DNA of 64,000 nt from Bacteroidales bacterium (GTDB taxonomy: Bacteria > Bacteroidota > Bacteroidia > Bacteroidales > Bacteroidaceae). The stretch lies in assembly GCA_018064685.1 (NCBI GenBank), contig JAGHUS010000163.1, forward strand, positions 2,666 through 66,665. Direction: 5' to 3'. Positions within the stretch are counted from its first letter, which is position 1. Every line of letters starts with the position of its first letter. Below are positions 25,813 through 34,953 of this stretch, piece after piece. The translations under genes and the position numbers were made by a program. The notes below the pieces were generated by a model, which worked only from the letters and a program-made list of their open reading frames with translations, made no database searches and had not been told where the DNA came from.

Positions 25813-27351
25813 ATGAAAAAGATAATGTACACGTCATGGTTTTGTCTTCTGGCAGGTTGTATGCTGATTATATCCTGCACCACAGATGGAGGCAATGAAG
25901 CGAAGACTGCGAAGCAGATGGAGGCAGACAGCCTTGTCGACCAACTCTACGAGCGATATGACGCTTTCGATTTTGCGGGAACAGTAGAGATTGGCGAGGA
26001 GGCTTTGATGCAACTCGAAGCGCTGGGCGACACGACCACTATGAGCGACATAATGGCCACGATGTGCATATCTTATCTGCGTGTGGGCGACATTGCGAAA
26101 GGACTGGAACTATCGGCACGAGCCATAGAGATTGACAGCATACTGGGCGACCCCGAACTGCTGAGTGGCGACTACAACACGGTGGCAGGACTTTACCTGG
26201 CCGAGGATAAGGCTGAGGAAGCAGAGCCGTTCATCATCAAGGCGATAGAATACGAGATGAAGACGCCCGATGGCTCCCGACTGTCCAATCGATATGGCAT
26301 TGCATCGGAGATATACTGCAAGATTCACCAACCGCAGAAGGCATTGGATTTTGCACAGAAAGGGCTGGCGATTGCCGAACAGCACGGCGATTCGGCACAG
26401 ATGGGCACGCGCCTGTCGCAACTGGGTGACGCCTTCATGGCTTCGGGGCAGATGCAGGAGGCAGAGGAGACATTCCTGCGATGTGCAGAGATACTGAAAG
26501 CTACTCAGTCGGCCGTGAGCCTGGCCATCGTGTACAGGCAGCTGGGCAATATCTACGAGGACCGAAACCAGATTCCCCTGGCCATCAGTTACTATGAGAA
26601 AGCGGCCAACCTGGCGCGACAATTGCAGTACAGTATGCTGCTGTGCCAGTGCACGCAGGCCATAGGCGAACTCACGGCAGGTGAGCATCCCGACTATTCG
26701 GTGCAGATGCTGATGGAGAGTCGACAGTTGGCCGACACGCTTCACTCGCAGAACGTAGAGAAGATGATGGCAGATTTCGCCACGAAATTCGACCTGAAGG
26801 AGAAGGAGCATACCATAGAAGAACAGGCAGCGGAACTACGTATGCACCGCTTCGTGACGGTGATCTTCGTTGTTGGTTCCGTTGTGGCTCTTGCCATCCT
26901 GGCTCTCGTTCTCTATATGCGTCGACTCCATCGCAAGGGTGAGGTCCTGGAGGTGAAACTCTCAGAGAAGGTGGTGCAAGAGACGCAGCATCAGGAGGAG
27001 CCTGAGATGAGTCAATCCGACCGTGAATTCATAGAACGACTGGCGCAACACGTGGAACAGCACCTTGGCGATGCTGACCTCTCATCCACCTCCATTGCCG
27101 ATGCTTTCTGCTTGAGTCCCCGTCAGTTTGCTCGCCGTGTAAAAACACTCACAGGCGTTGACACCACCCATTACATCCGTGCCTCGCGCATACTCCGTGC
27201 ACGTCAACTTCTCACCCACACGGAGTTGCCCATGGGGGAGATTTGCATGCAATGCGGCTTTGACAGCCCTAACTACTTTTCGCGCACATTCCGCAGCGAT
27301 GTAGGGCTTTCTCCCACAGAATATCGCAAGAAAACGACCGAAAACAAGTGA
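25813..27351 (+). CDS. Membrane-anchored one-component regulator: lipoprotein TPR domain - TM - AraC-type HTH
   Basis: ATG 25813; lipobox LLAGCMLIISC; TPR-like repeats; TM VTVIFVVGSVVALAILALVLYM; GFDSPNYFSRTFRSDVGLSPTEYRKK. Confidence 0.8.
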   Translation: MKKIMYTSWFCLLAGCMLIISCTTDGGNEAKTAKQMEADSLVDQLYERYDAFDFAGTVEIGEEALMQLEALGDTTTMSDIMATMCISYLRVGDIAKGLELSARAIEIDSILGDPELLSGDYNTVAGLYLAEDKAEEAEPFIIKAIEYEMKTPDGSRLSNRYGIASEIYCKIHQPQKALDFAQKGLAIAEQHGDSAQMGTRLSQLGDAFMASGQMQEAEETFLRCAEILKATQSAVSLAIVYRQLGNIYEDRNQIPLAISYYEKAANLARQLQYSMLLCQCTQAIGELTAGEHPDYSVQMLMESRQLADTLHSQNVEKMMADFATKFDLKEKEHTIEEQAAELRMHRFVTVIFVVGSVVALAILALVLYMRRLHRKGEVLEVKLSEKVVQETQHQEEPEMSQSDREFIERLAQHVEQHLGDADLSSTSIADAFCLSPRQFARRVKTLTGVDTTHYIRASRILRARQLLTHTELPMGEICMQCGFDSPNYFSRTFRSDVGLSPTEYRKKTTENK

Positions 27352-27422
27352 AAAACACTGCATTTGTCTGCTGAGTGCTATAACATGTCTGCTGAGTGAT
27401 AATGTTTGAGAGCAGTTCTTTG

Positions 27423-27430
27423 TAACTTTG
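27423..27430 (+). promoter_or_regulatory. -7 box TAACTTTG for the stand-alone AraC HTH gene
   Basis: Exact TAnnTTTG, 29 nt before ATG 27459. Confidence 0.5.
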
Positions 27431-27458
27431 CACACGAATATCATAATCAGCAAATAGC

Positions 27459-27800
27459 ATGACCGCAGCAGAGAAGGAATTCTTTGACCGACTGGTGCAA
27501 CTGGTGGATGAGAATATCGCCAATTACGAGTTGTCGTCTGAGATTCTATCAGAAAGATTTTGCATCACCGCACGCCACTTCAATCGTAAGGTGAGAGCCA
27601 TCACCGAGATGGACACAACGCATTTCATACGTAAACGCCGAATGGCGCTTGCCTGCAATCTTCTTACCCAAACCGCCCTACCCATCTCCGAGATATACAT
27701 CCGTTGTGGGTTGGACAGTGCCAACTACTTTTCGCGCGTGTTCAAAATGGAGATGGGACAATCGCCTACCTCCTATCGCAAAACGAATTCCCAACTTTAG
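27459..27800 (+). CDS. Stand-alone AraC-type HTH DNA-binding domain protein (paralogue of the C-terminus of 25813-27351)
   Basis: ATG 27459 with own TAACTTTG box 27423-27430. Colinear with the upstream protein tail (EKEFFDRLVQLVDEN.. vs EREFIERLAQHVEQH..; GLDSANYFSRVFKMEMGQSPTSYRK). Confidence 0.8.
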   Translation: MTAAEKEFFDRLVQLVDENIANYELSSEILSERFCITARHFNRKVRAITEMDTTHFIRKRRMALACNLLTQTALPISEIYIRCGLDSANYFSRVFKMEMGQSPTSYRKTNSQL

Positions 27801-27823
27801 TTCACACATTATTAATAAAAGAT

Positions 27824-29977
27824 ATGAAGAAGTTTATACTCTTGATGATCACACTCGTAATAAGTGTCACGGCATGGGCCGCCGATCCTTACTTCGAAGT
27901 GACAAGCGGCAGTTTCGCAAGTGGTAATGTAACGGTGAAGATGACATTCCCTGAAGCAACAACAGTATCAGTCACTGGTTCCATTTTCCTTGATCACCCA
28001 AACAAGCCAAATGACCTGCTGATAACGGTCTCACCTTCCGATGTTATTGTTAAAAACAATACTGCCACTGCCACATTTGTGTTCATACCATGGGAGGATA
28101 TGATTGAAACTGGCTATCTGTTTTGGAGTGCAGGTATTACAGCAACCGGTTATAGTAAGTATCAAGATATATATGCGAAGAAAATACCTCCCTATGCAAC
28201 AGTTTCGGAAGGTGACTTAACGATAGGTGGAAACGTGGTTGTTGACGTAACATTTCCAGAATTCACCTCAGCAAGTGCTTATCCTGCCTCATGGAAAAAT
28301 GCAACACTGAGCTATGATGGAGTTGAAGTGGCAACTTGTGCAATGAACAACATAACAAATTCAGACAAGACTCTACATATTCCTTTCTACATGACGAGTT
28401 CGCCTGGCAACGATCTTTCACTCTATTCTGTAAATCTTCCTTTTGGTTATGTGCAGAACAATGGCGTTGATGTATATGAAGAATATAATGTGTCATTTAA
28501 AACATCTCCATCGGTTGACCCTGACGACCCAGACGAAGGCGGTGGCGAAGGTGGTGATGACCCAGATACCGGCCCTGAGGTTCCTGCCGACCTGACCAAT
28601 TACTTCTGGGTAGAGAATCTGTCGGAGGATGCTACCACACTTTCTTTCTACGGCAAAAACATCGAGTACACCAATACGCCTAACGATGCAAGCAGTTGGG
28701 TTAGAATGGATGGTCAGATTGATTTCGAAGCACACCAGAAAGTATATCTGCGTGCATCGGCCGAGGGTAACACTAACATGGCAAATGCGATGTCAGTAGG
28801 TAATTTTGGTGATTTCTATGATGGTATAGAATGGACCCATATTGATACACGCGTGGCACATAAGGTCGGTGGCGACATCACCACTTTGCTCAACGCACAA
28901 GGTAACATGACAAGACTTCCTGCACCTTTTACAAACGGCGAATACTACATAAGCGGTGTCTTCGAGAATTTCTTCTATAACGACACATACCTTCAGGATG
29001 TATCTGAACTCGTATTGCCTTCAACTACACTGACGGAATACTGCTACGCTGGCATGTTCAATGGTTGCACTAGCATCACCAAGGCGCCCGTCCTCCCTGC
29101 CACAGTGTTGGTAAAAGGTTGTTACGATAAAATGTTTAACGAATGTAACAGTCTGAACTACGTGGAGGCATACTTCTCTGAGTGGCCCAAGAAGAGCACT
29201 GGTTATTCTCCTTATGCTGCAACCGAGAACTGGTTGCAAAATGTGGCTGCTGAAGGTACCTTCAAGACTCATTATTGGGTCGGAAACGATTACAAATACT
29301 ATGGTTCAACATACCCTGCTGCATGGAACAAGGAAGAACTCGGTTCGATGGACATCCCCGTGTCGGCAGTTGGCTACACCACCTTCTATTACGAGAAGAA
29401 CTGGGTGATGCCCGAAGGTATGGAAGGATATGTGGCTTACGAGACGTATAACAACGAGACATATAGTTACGACTTCGTCTTTGAGAAGGCGTTCGAAGCC
29501 GGTGAGATCGTACCATTTGCTCAACCACTCATACTGAAAGCAAAGGCTGGAACCTACACCATCCACTTTACAGAAGTAGATGCAACACGACATATCAGTG
29601 ATGAGTTCTTCAACCTCAACGGTTCTATTACAACAAAAAATCTCGCTAGCGAATATGAATCGTACAATTACTACTACTATGCTCTCTCACTCAATGCAAG
29701 TGGCGAGAACGTAGGTTTCTACTGGATGAATGACAATGGCGAAGGTTTCACAAGCGCTCCTTTCAAAGCATGGCTTCGCATCAGCAAGACTCACTTCGCC
29801 AGCGGCGTAAAGGGTTCGTTTGCATTCGGCGACTTCGAAGACATGACAGATGGCATCAAGACTGCAGCAGTCAGCCAGCAGAAGGCAAAGGGTGTGTACG
29901 ACCTCAGCGGCCGCCGCGTAAACGGAAATGCACAGCGTGGCATGTACATCATTAATGGCAAAAAGGTAATCCGATAA
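27824..29977 (+). CDS. Secreted BspA-type leucine-rich-repeat-containing protein with T9SS C-terminal sorting domain
   Basis: Start moved to ATG 27824 (MKKFILLMITLVISVTAWA); LRR_5-like YCYAGMFNGCTSITKAPVLPATVLVKGCYDKMFNECNSLNYV; C-terminus GVYDLSGRRVNGNAQRGMYIINGKKVIR. Confidence 0.75.
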   Translation: MKKFILLMITLVISVTAWAADPYFEVTSGSFASGNVTVKMTFPEATTVSVTGSIFLDHPNKPNDLLITVSPSDVIVKNNTATATFVFIPWEDMIETGYLFWSAGITATGYSKYQDIYAKKIPPYATVSEGDLTIGGNVVVDVTFPEFTSASAYPASWKNATLSYDGVEVATCAMNNITNSDKTLHIPFYMTSSPGNDLSLYSVNLPFGYVQNNGVDVYEEYNVSFKTSPSVDPDDPDEGGGEGGDDPDTGPEVPADLTNYFWVENLSEDATTLSFYGKNIEYTNTPNDASSWVRMDGQIDFEAHQKVYLRASAEGNTNMANAMSVGNFGDFYDGIEWTHIDTRVAHKVGGDITTLLNAQGNMTRLPAPFTNGEYYISGVFENFFYNDTYLQDVSELVLPSTTLTEYCYAGMFNGCTSITKAPVLPATVLVKGCYDKMFNECNSLNYVEAYFSEWPKKSTGYSPYAATENWLQNVAAEGTFKTHYWVGNDYKYYGSTYPAAWNKEELGSMDIPVSAVGYTTFYYEKNWVMPEGMEGYVAYETYNNETYSYDFVFEKAFEAGEIVPFAQPLILKAKAGTYTIHFTEVDATRHISDEFFNLNGSITTKNLASEYESYNYYYYALSLNASGENVGFYWMNDNGEGFTSAPFKAWLRISKTHFASGVKGSFAFGDFEDMTDGIKTAAVSQQKAKGVYDLSGRRVNGNAQRGMYIINGKKVIR

Positions 29978-30000
29978 CTCATCAAGAAACATACAACACT

Positions 30001-30189
30001 ATGAAAAAGATATATTCAACTCCAAACCTGATGGTGGTACACATAGGGCTAGAGTCAATAATTGCAGAGAGCGACCCCACAGTCAACAACGAGCGTGGCA
30101 ATGGCTTTCAGTTGACAAAGGGCGAAGCAGAGATGGATGGTGACTGGGAAAGCGAAGGATCATCGACCAGCAGTTGGGAAGAGTGGTAA
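30001..30189 (+). CDS. Small acidic Trp-rich hypothetical protein (62 aa)
   Basis: ATG 23 nt after upstream stop and upstream of terminator 30376-30424, so probably co-transcribed; MKKIYSTPNLMVVHIGLESIIAES.. ..DGDWESEGSSTSSWEEW; no family recognised. Confidence 0.45.
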   Translation: MKKIYSTPNLMVVHIGLESIIAESDPTVNNERGNGFQLTKGEAEMDGDWESEGSSTSSWEEW

Positions 30190-30248
30190 TGCACCTTCCC
30201 CAACAACCGCGAAGAAGCAACCGTCCACAACCACTTCCCTACTTATGA

Positions 30249-30284
30249 GGAGTTAAAGGAGTTAAGGAGTTAAAGGAGTTAAAG
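30249..30284. repeat. GGAGTTAAA(G) x4 stutter
   Basis: ggagttaaaggagttaaggagttaaaggagttaaag; the same word forms the stem of terminator 14773-14803. Confidence 0.85.
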
Positions 30285-30306
30285 ACGGCAGATTTACCTG
30301 CTTGCG

Positions 30307-30353
30307 TTTTCTCTTCTTTCTTCTCTCTTCTCTTGCTTTTTTCTTCTCTCTTT
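30307..30353. repeat. 47-nt polypyrimidine (CT) tract with mirror symmetry
   Basis: ttttctcttctttcttctctcttctcttGcttttttcttctctcttt; a single purine. Confidence 0.85.
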
Positions 30354-30375
30354 ACAAAGTCAAGTACATAAATAA

Positions 30376-30424
30376 TCACCCTTTGAGGACGTGCATTTCC
30401 TCAAAGGGTGATACTGTTTTTATT
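30376..30424 (+). terminator. Intrinsic terminator ending the 27824-30189 transcription unit (possibly bidirectional)
   Basis: Perfect 14-bp stem TCACCCTTTGAGGA/TCCTCAAAGGGTGA, 8-nt loop, then TACTGTTTTTATT. Confidence 0.8.
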
Positions 30425-30498
30425 CGAGAGGCAAATTGTACTGTGCGAATTGCTTATGCATAATGCCCTCTTTCTGCTTATTGAGAAGAGGGTAGCTC

Positions 30499-30589
30499 CA
30501 CGCCAGCTAATTCTTTTTTCTTAATTCTTAATTACGAGAAAGCACCGCGCAAGCCAATTCTTCTTTCTTCTTTCTTAATTCTTAATTAA
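30499..30589. repeat. Two tandem copies of the GC-head + AATTCTTAA-tail element
   Basis: CACGCCAGCTAATTCTTTTTTCTTAATTCTTAATTA and CACCGCGCAAGCCAATTCTTCTTTCTTCTTTCTTAATTCTTAATTAA. Confidence 0.85.
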
Positions 30590-30614
30590 CCTAGATGCCG
30601 CAGGCAGAGAGGGG

Positions 30615-32231
30615 TCAATACCTCATCCCTGCCGTCGGTTTCGCCTTGCCGTCGGCAATGACCTTTAGGGCTCGCTGCACGGTGGGATCCCACATATTGG
30701 TGTATTGACGGTATTCCTGCTGCGACATCGCATCGTAGATGATTGACGAGTTGATGTAGTGCTGGAAGAGGGTCTTGCTCTTCTGCAGCATCAGGTTGCG
30801 GCGCTCCAATCCCTGCTTGGCAGCATGCTGGGCGAACTTCTCCAGCAATCCCTGCTTGTTCAGGTACTTCTCCAGATCTTCCACCTTCGAGAATCGCTTC
30901 AACGTCTCGCGGTTCTGGTCGGTGTATTCAAAAGCAAACTGGCGGATGTAGCCGTTGATGACTGCTTCGCGATAATAAGAAGTGTAGTCGGTTGTGTCTT
31001 CGGGAATGAAGATATCGGGCGTGATGCCACCACCACCATATACAGGACGGCCCAGCGTGGTGTGGAACTCCTCGCCCTCGTTCTTGATGCTATCCATCGA
31101 GAAGTACTCGCCACGCTCGTAACGCTCGATGAGCTCCATCTCATACTCCTCGCCATGTCCGGGCGAGTAAGGCTTCTGGATGCAACGCCCCGAAGGAGTG
31201 TAGTAGCGGGCAACGGTGAGACGCAGGCACGAACCGTCCTTGAAGTCCATGGGCGACTGTACCAGTCCCTTACCGAACGAACGACGACCTACGACGGTGG
31301 CACGGTCGTTGTCCTGCATGGCACCCGCAAAGATCTCGCTGGCCGAAGCCGAGCCCTCATCGATGAGTACCACGAGAGGCAGGTTCTGATAGGTGCCAAG
31401 TCCGTTGCTGGCATAATCCTGACGGGGACTGTGTACGCCTTGCGTGTAGACAATCAGTCGGTTACGCGCCAGGAACTCGTTGGCCATCTGCACAGCGATG
31501 TGCATGTAGCCGCCACGGTTGCCACGAAGGTCGACAATAAGACTCTTCATGCCCTGTGCGCTGAGCGATGTCAGGGCAACGATAAACTCATTGTAGGTCT
31601 GGTCGCCGAAACTCTCGACACTGACGTAACCCGTCTTGTTGTCTATCATATGATAGGCATCGACACTCTTGACAGGTATCTCGCCACGCTTCACGGTGAA
31701 ATAGATAGGTTTCTGCTCGCTGCGACGCAACACACCCAACTTAACCTCCGAGCCGCTGGGGCCCTTCAGGTGCTTCATAATCTTCTCGTTATCCATTCCC
31801 ACGAGCGACTCTCCATCGGCAGTGATGATACGGTCGCCAGCCAGCATACCCACCTTCTCGGCCGGACCGCCAGGAATGATCTGCATCACCGTCACCGTGT
31901 CCTGAGGTACGGAGAAGCTGACACCAATACCACTGAACGAACCACGCAGTTCGTCGTTGGCAGCATCGGCATCGGCAGCTGCAATATAGCAGGAATGCGG
32001 ATCCAACTCCCTAAGAATGAGAGGTATGGACTTCTCAACGATAGAGTCGAGCCCAATCTCGTCGACATAGTTATCCTGGATAGCCTCCAAAAGACTGCCC
32101 AACTTGTTGGCGCCTCCGTTGATGATGTTCAACCTTCCGTTGGAGAAGTGCTTGGTATAGAAGAAACCAATGCAAACGCCAATCACCATGCACAAGGCCA
32201 TCAGCAGCGGTGTAAATCTGTGCTTGTTCAT
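30615..32231 (-). CDS. S41 family C-terminal processing peptidase (PDZ-containing)
   Basis: ATG 32231; N-terminal TM; PDZ GGPAEKVGMLAGDRII; catalytic GSASASEIFAGA and SFGKGLVQ. Confidence 0.9.
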   Translation of the reverse strand: MNKHRFTPLLMALCMVIGVCIGFFYTKHFSNGRLNIINGGANKLGSLLEAIQDNYVDEIGLDSIVEKSIPLILRELDPHSCYIAAADADAANDELRGSFSGIGVSFSVPQDTVTVMQIIPGGPAEKVGMLAGDRIITADGESLVGMDNEKIMKHLKGPSGSEVKLGVLRRSEQKPIYFTVKRGEIPVKSVDAYHMIDNKTGYVSVESFGDQTYNEFIVALTSLSAQGMKSLIVDLRGNRGGYMHIAVQMANEFLARNRLIVYTQGVHSPRQDYASNGLGTYQNLPLVVLIDEGSASASEIFAGAMQDNDRATVVGRRSFGKGLVQSPMDFKDGSCLRLTVARYYTPSGRCIQKPYSPGHGEEYEMELIERYERGEYFSMDSIKNEGEEFHTTLGRPVYGGGGITPDIFIPEDTTDYTSYYREAVINGYIRQFAFEYTDQNRETLKRFSKVEDLEKYLNKQGLLEKFAQHAAKQGLERRNLMLQKSKTLFQHYINSSIIYDAMSQQEYRQYTNMWDPTVQRALKVIADGKAKPTAGMRY

Positions 32232-32397
32232 CTACGCAAATTCTATTATAGCTTATTTCTATTCTTTGGTCGAGGCGTTGACACCTGCGACCTATACCTT
32301 ATTAATATATATAAGAGCCAAAGCAAAGCGGATGGGCTTCAGCGGCAAAGGCACGTCCCTACCCCAGCGGTCATAGCCCGGAATGCTTTTCTCTGCA

Positions 32398-32829
32398 TCA
32401 CGCCTCTTCCTCGTCCAGCGGCATGTGCTCTACCACGATACCGGCTCGTTTCAGCAGATCCACACCGTCGGACAGACGGTACTCGCGCATGTACACGACT
32501 CGCTTGATGCCTGCCTGGATGATGAGCTTCGAGCACTCGATGCAGGGCGAGTCGGTGACGTAGAGCGTAGCACCATCGCTGTTGTTGCTGGAACGGGCAA
32601 TCTTGGTGATGGCATTTGCCTCGGCATGCAGCACATAGGGCTTGCTCACATTGTTCTCGTCCTCGCACACATTCTCAAAGCCGGTAGGCGTACCGTTGTA
32701 ACCATCGCTAATGATCATCTTATCCTTCACGATGAGTGCGCCCACCTTGCGACGAACACAATAGCTGTTCTCGCTCCATATAGTGGCCATCCTCAGATAG
32801 CGGTAATCAAGTTCTTTATGTTTATCCAT
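32398..32829 (-). CDS. Deoxycytidylate (dCMP) deaminase
   Basis: ATG 32829; zinc motifs HAEANAI and PCIECSKLI. Confidence 0.9.
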   Translation of the reverse strand: MDKHKELDYRYLRMATIWSENSYCVRRKVGALIVKDKMIISDGYNGTPTGFENVCEDENNVSKPYVLHAEANAITKIARSSNNSDGATLYVTDSPCIECSKLIIQAGIKRVVYMREYRLSDGVDLLKRAGIVVEHMPLDEEEA

Positions 32830-32841
32830 ATCAGTAAATTC

Positions 32842-34932
32842 TTAATTTAAAATGCCATTCCTCCTGAGCAGCGCATCGATGCTGGGTTCGCCACCACGGA
32901 AACGCTTGTATAGCGTCATGGGAGGCTCGGTGCCGCCACGCGAGAGCACCTCGTTGCGGAAGCGGGCTGCAGTGTCCTTGTTGAAGATACCCTCCTGCTG
33001 GAACACGCTGAAGGCATCGGCGTCGAGCACCTCTGCCCATTTGTAACTGTAGTAACCAGCCGAATAGCCACCACTCATAATGTGGCCGAACTGCACCGAC
33101 ATGCAAGCTTCGTCGACGGTGGGCATCAGCTGTATGCGCTCCCACACCTTCTTCTCGAAGGCCTTGACATCCTCGTCGAAGGGAACATCCATCGTGTAGT
33201 AAGCCATGTCGAGCAAACCGAAGCTGACCTGACGGATGCAGGCGTATGCCACGTTGAAGTTACGGCTCTTGCGTATGCGGTCGATAAGATCGTCGGGGAT
33301 AGGTTCGTCCGTCTGATAGTGACGGGCAAAGGTGTGCAGGAACTCGGGTTCGATAGCGTAGTTCTCCATAAACTGGCTGGGCAGTTCCACGAAATCCCAA
33401 TATACGTTCGTACAGCTCAACGCCTCAAATCTCACTTTCGAGAACATACCATGCAGAGCATGTCCAAACTCGTGCAGGAACGTCTCCACCTCGCTCAGTG
33501 TGAGCAATGCGGGAGCCGTCTCGGTGGGTTTGGTGAAGTTCATCGTGACGCTGACAATGGGGCGCGAGTCAATAGTCTTGCCTTTTGCCTCTTCACTTGT
33601 AACGTCTTCCCCGTCACTCTTAACTCTTACCTTTCCACTTTTCACTTTTTGCTGCCACTGCTCTTTGTAGCTCGTCATCCACGCTCCGCTCTGCTTTGAC
33701 TTACGGGGGTGGAAGTCGGTGTAGAGGACAGCCAGGAACTGGTCGTTCTCGTCGCGCACCTCCCAAGCCTCCACTTCGGGATGATACACCTGAATGTCGT
33801 CGCGCTTGTGGAAGGTGATGCCATACAGACGAGTAGCCAAGCCGAAGACACCCTCCTTGACACGCTTCAGTTCGAAGTATGGGCGCAGCATCTCGGCATC
33901 GATGTTATAGCGCTCCATCTTGAGCAGATGGCTGTAGTGGGCAAAATCCCAGGGCATGAGTTGGAAGTCATCGCCCTCGTGCTGCTTGGCTATTGCCTCT
34001 ACCTCGGCCAACTCCTGGCGTGCAGCAGGCAGATAAGCATCGATGAGCTTCTCCAACAGGTCGTTGACATTCTCAATCTTTTCGGCCATACGGCGTTTCA
34101 GTACATACTCGGCCCAGTTGCGGTAACCAAGCAGTTGCGCTATCTCGCGACGCAGGTTCACGATGCGCTTCACCACCTGCTCGTTGTTATATTCATTGGG
34201 GTGCGTACACAGCGTGTTGCGTGCCATGTACATCTGCCTGCGCAGTTCGCGATTCTCGCAATAAGTCATGAACGGCGTGAACGAGGGTGCATGCAGCGTG
34301 AAGAGCCATCCTTCCTTGCCTGCCTCCTTGGCAGCCAGACTTGCGGCGTCCATTGCCGTCTGTGGCAATCCCTTCAGCTCGCTCTCGTCGGTGATGTGCA
34401 AGGTAAACTCGTTGGTGTCCTTCAGTTCGTTCTGCGAGAACTGCAACGTCAGCATCGATAGTTCCTGCTGCAACTGACGGAATACCTGCTTCTTATCCTC
34501 GGGCAAGGTGGCACCGTTGCGCTCAAATCCCTCGTAGATATTGTCGAAGAGCATCTGCTCCTCGGGCGTCAGTTTGGGGTTCTTCTCCTTCAGAGCCTTG
34601 ACGCGTGCAAAGTACTTCTCGTTGAGAATGATATTCTGCGAGTGCTCGGTGAGCAGCGGAGCCATCTTCTGTGCCAGCGCATCCATCTCGTCGTTGGTGT
34701 GGGCACTGAGCAGATTGAAGAAGGTGGTGGTGACACGGCTCAGCGTCTTGTCGTCGTCGGTGTCGATGGTGTTCTCGAACGTAGGCTCCTCGGGATTGTC
34801 AATCATGCGTTGCAGATCGGCATCCTCGCGGCGCATACCCTCCATCATGGCCTCCTCATAGTCCTCGAACTTTATCTCGTTGAAGGGAACCGTCTCGTAC
34901 GGCGTCTTATATTTCTCCAGAAAAACGTTCAT
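32842..34932 (-). CDS. dcp: M3 family metallopeptidase (peptidyl-dipeptidase Dcp-like)
   Basis: ATG 34930-34932; HEFGHALH zinc motif; length and overall M3 pattern. Confidence 0.85.
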   Translation of the reverse strand: MNVFLEKYKTPYETVPFNEIKFEDYEEAMMEGMRREDADLQRMIDNPEEPTFENTIDTDDDKTLSRVTTTFFNLLSAHTNDEMDALAQKMAPLLTEHSQNIILNEKYFARVKALKEKNPKLTPEEQMLFDNIYEGFERNGATLPEDKKQVFRQLQQELSMLTLQFSQNELKDTNEFTLHITDESELKGLPQTAMDAASLAAKEAGKEGWLFTLHAPSFTPFMTYCENRELRRQMYMARNTLCTHPNEYNNEQVVKRIVNLRREIAQLLGYRNWAEYVLKRRMAEKIENVNDLLEKLIDAYLPAARQELAEVEAIAKQHEGDDFQLMPWDFAHYSHLLKMERYNIDAEMLRPYFELKRVKEGVFGLATRLYGITFHKRDDIQVYHPEVEAWEVRDENDQFLAVLYTDFHPRKSKQSGAWMTSYKEQWQQKVKSGKVRVKSDGEDVTSEEAKGKTIDSRPIVSVTMNFTKPTETAPALLTLSEVETFLHEFGHALHGMFSKVRFEALSCTNVYWDFVELPSQFMENYAIEPEFLHTFARHYQTDEPIPDDLIDRIRKSRNFNVAYACIRQVSFGLLDMAYYTMDVPFDEDVKAFEKKVWERIQLMPTVDEACMSVQFGHIMSGGYSAGYYSYKWAEVLDADAFSVFQQEGIFNKDTAARFRNEVLSRGGTEPPMTLYKRFRGGEPSIDALLRRNGILN

Positions 34933-34953
34933 TACTTATATCCTATTATAAAT

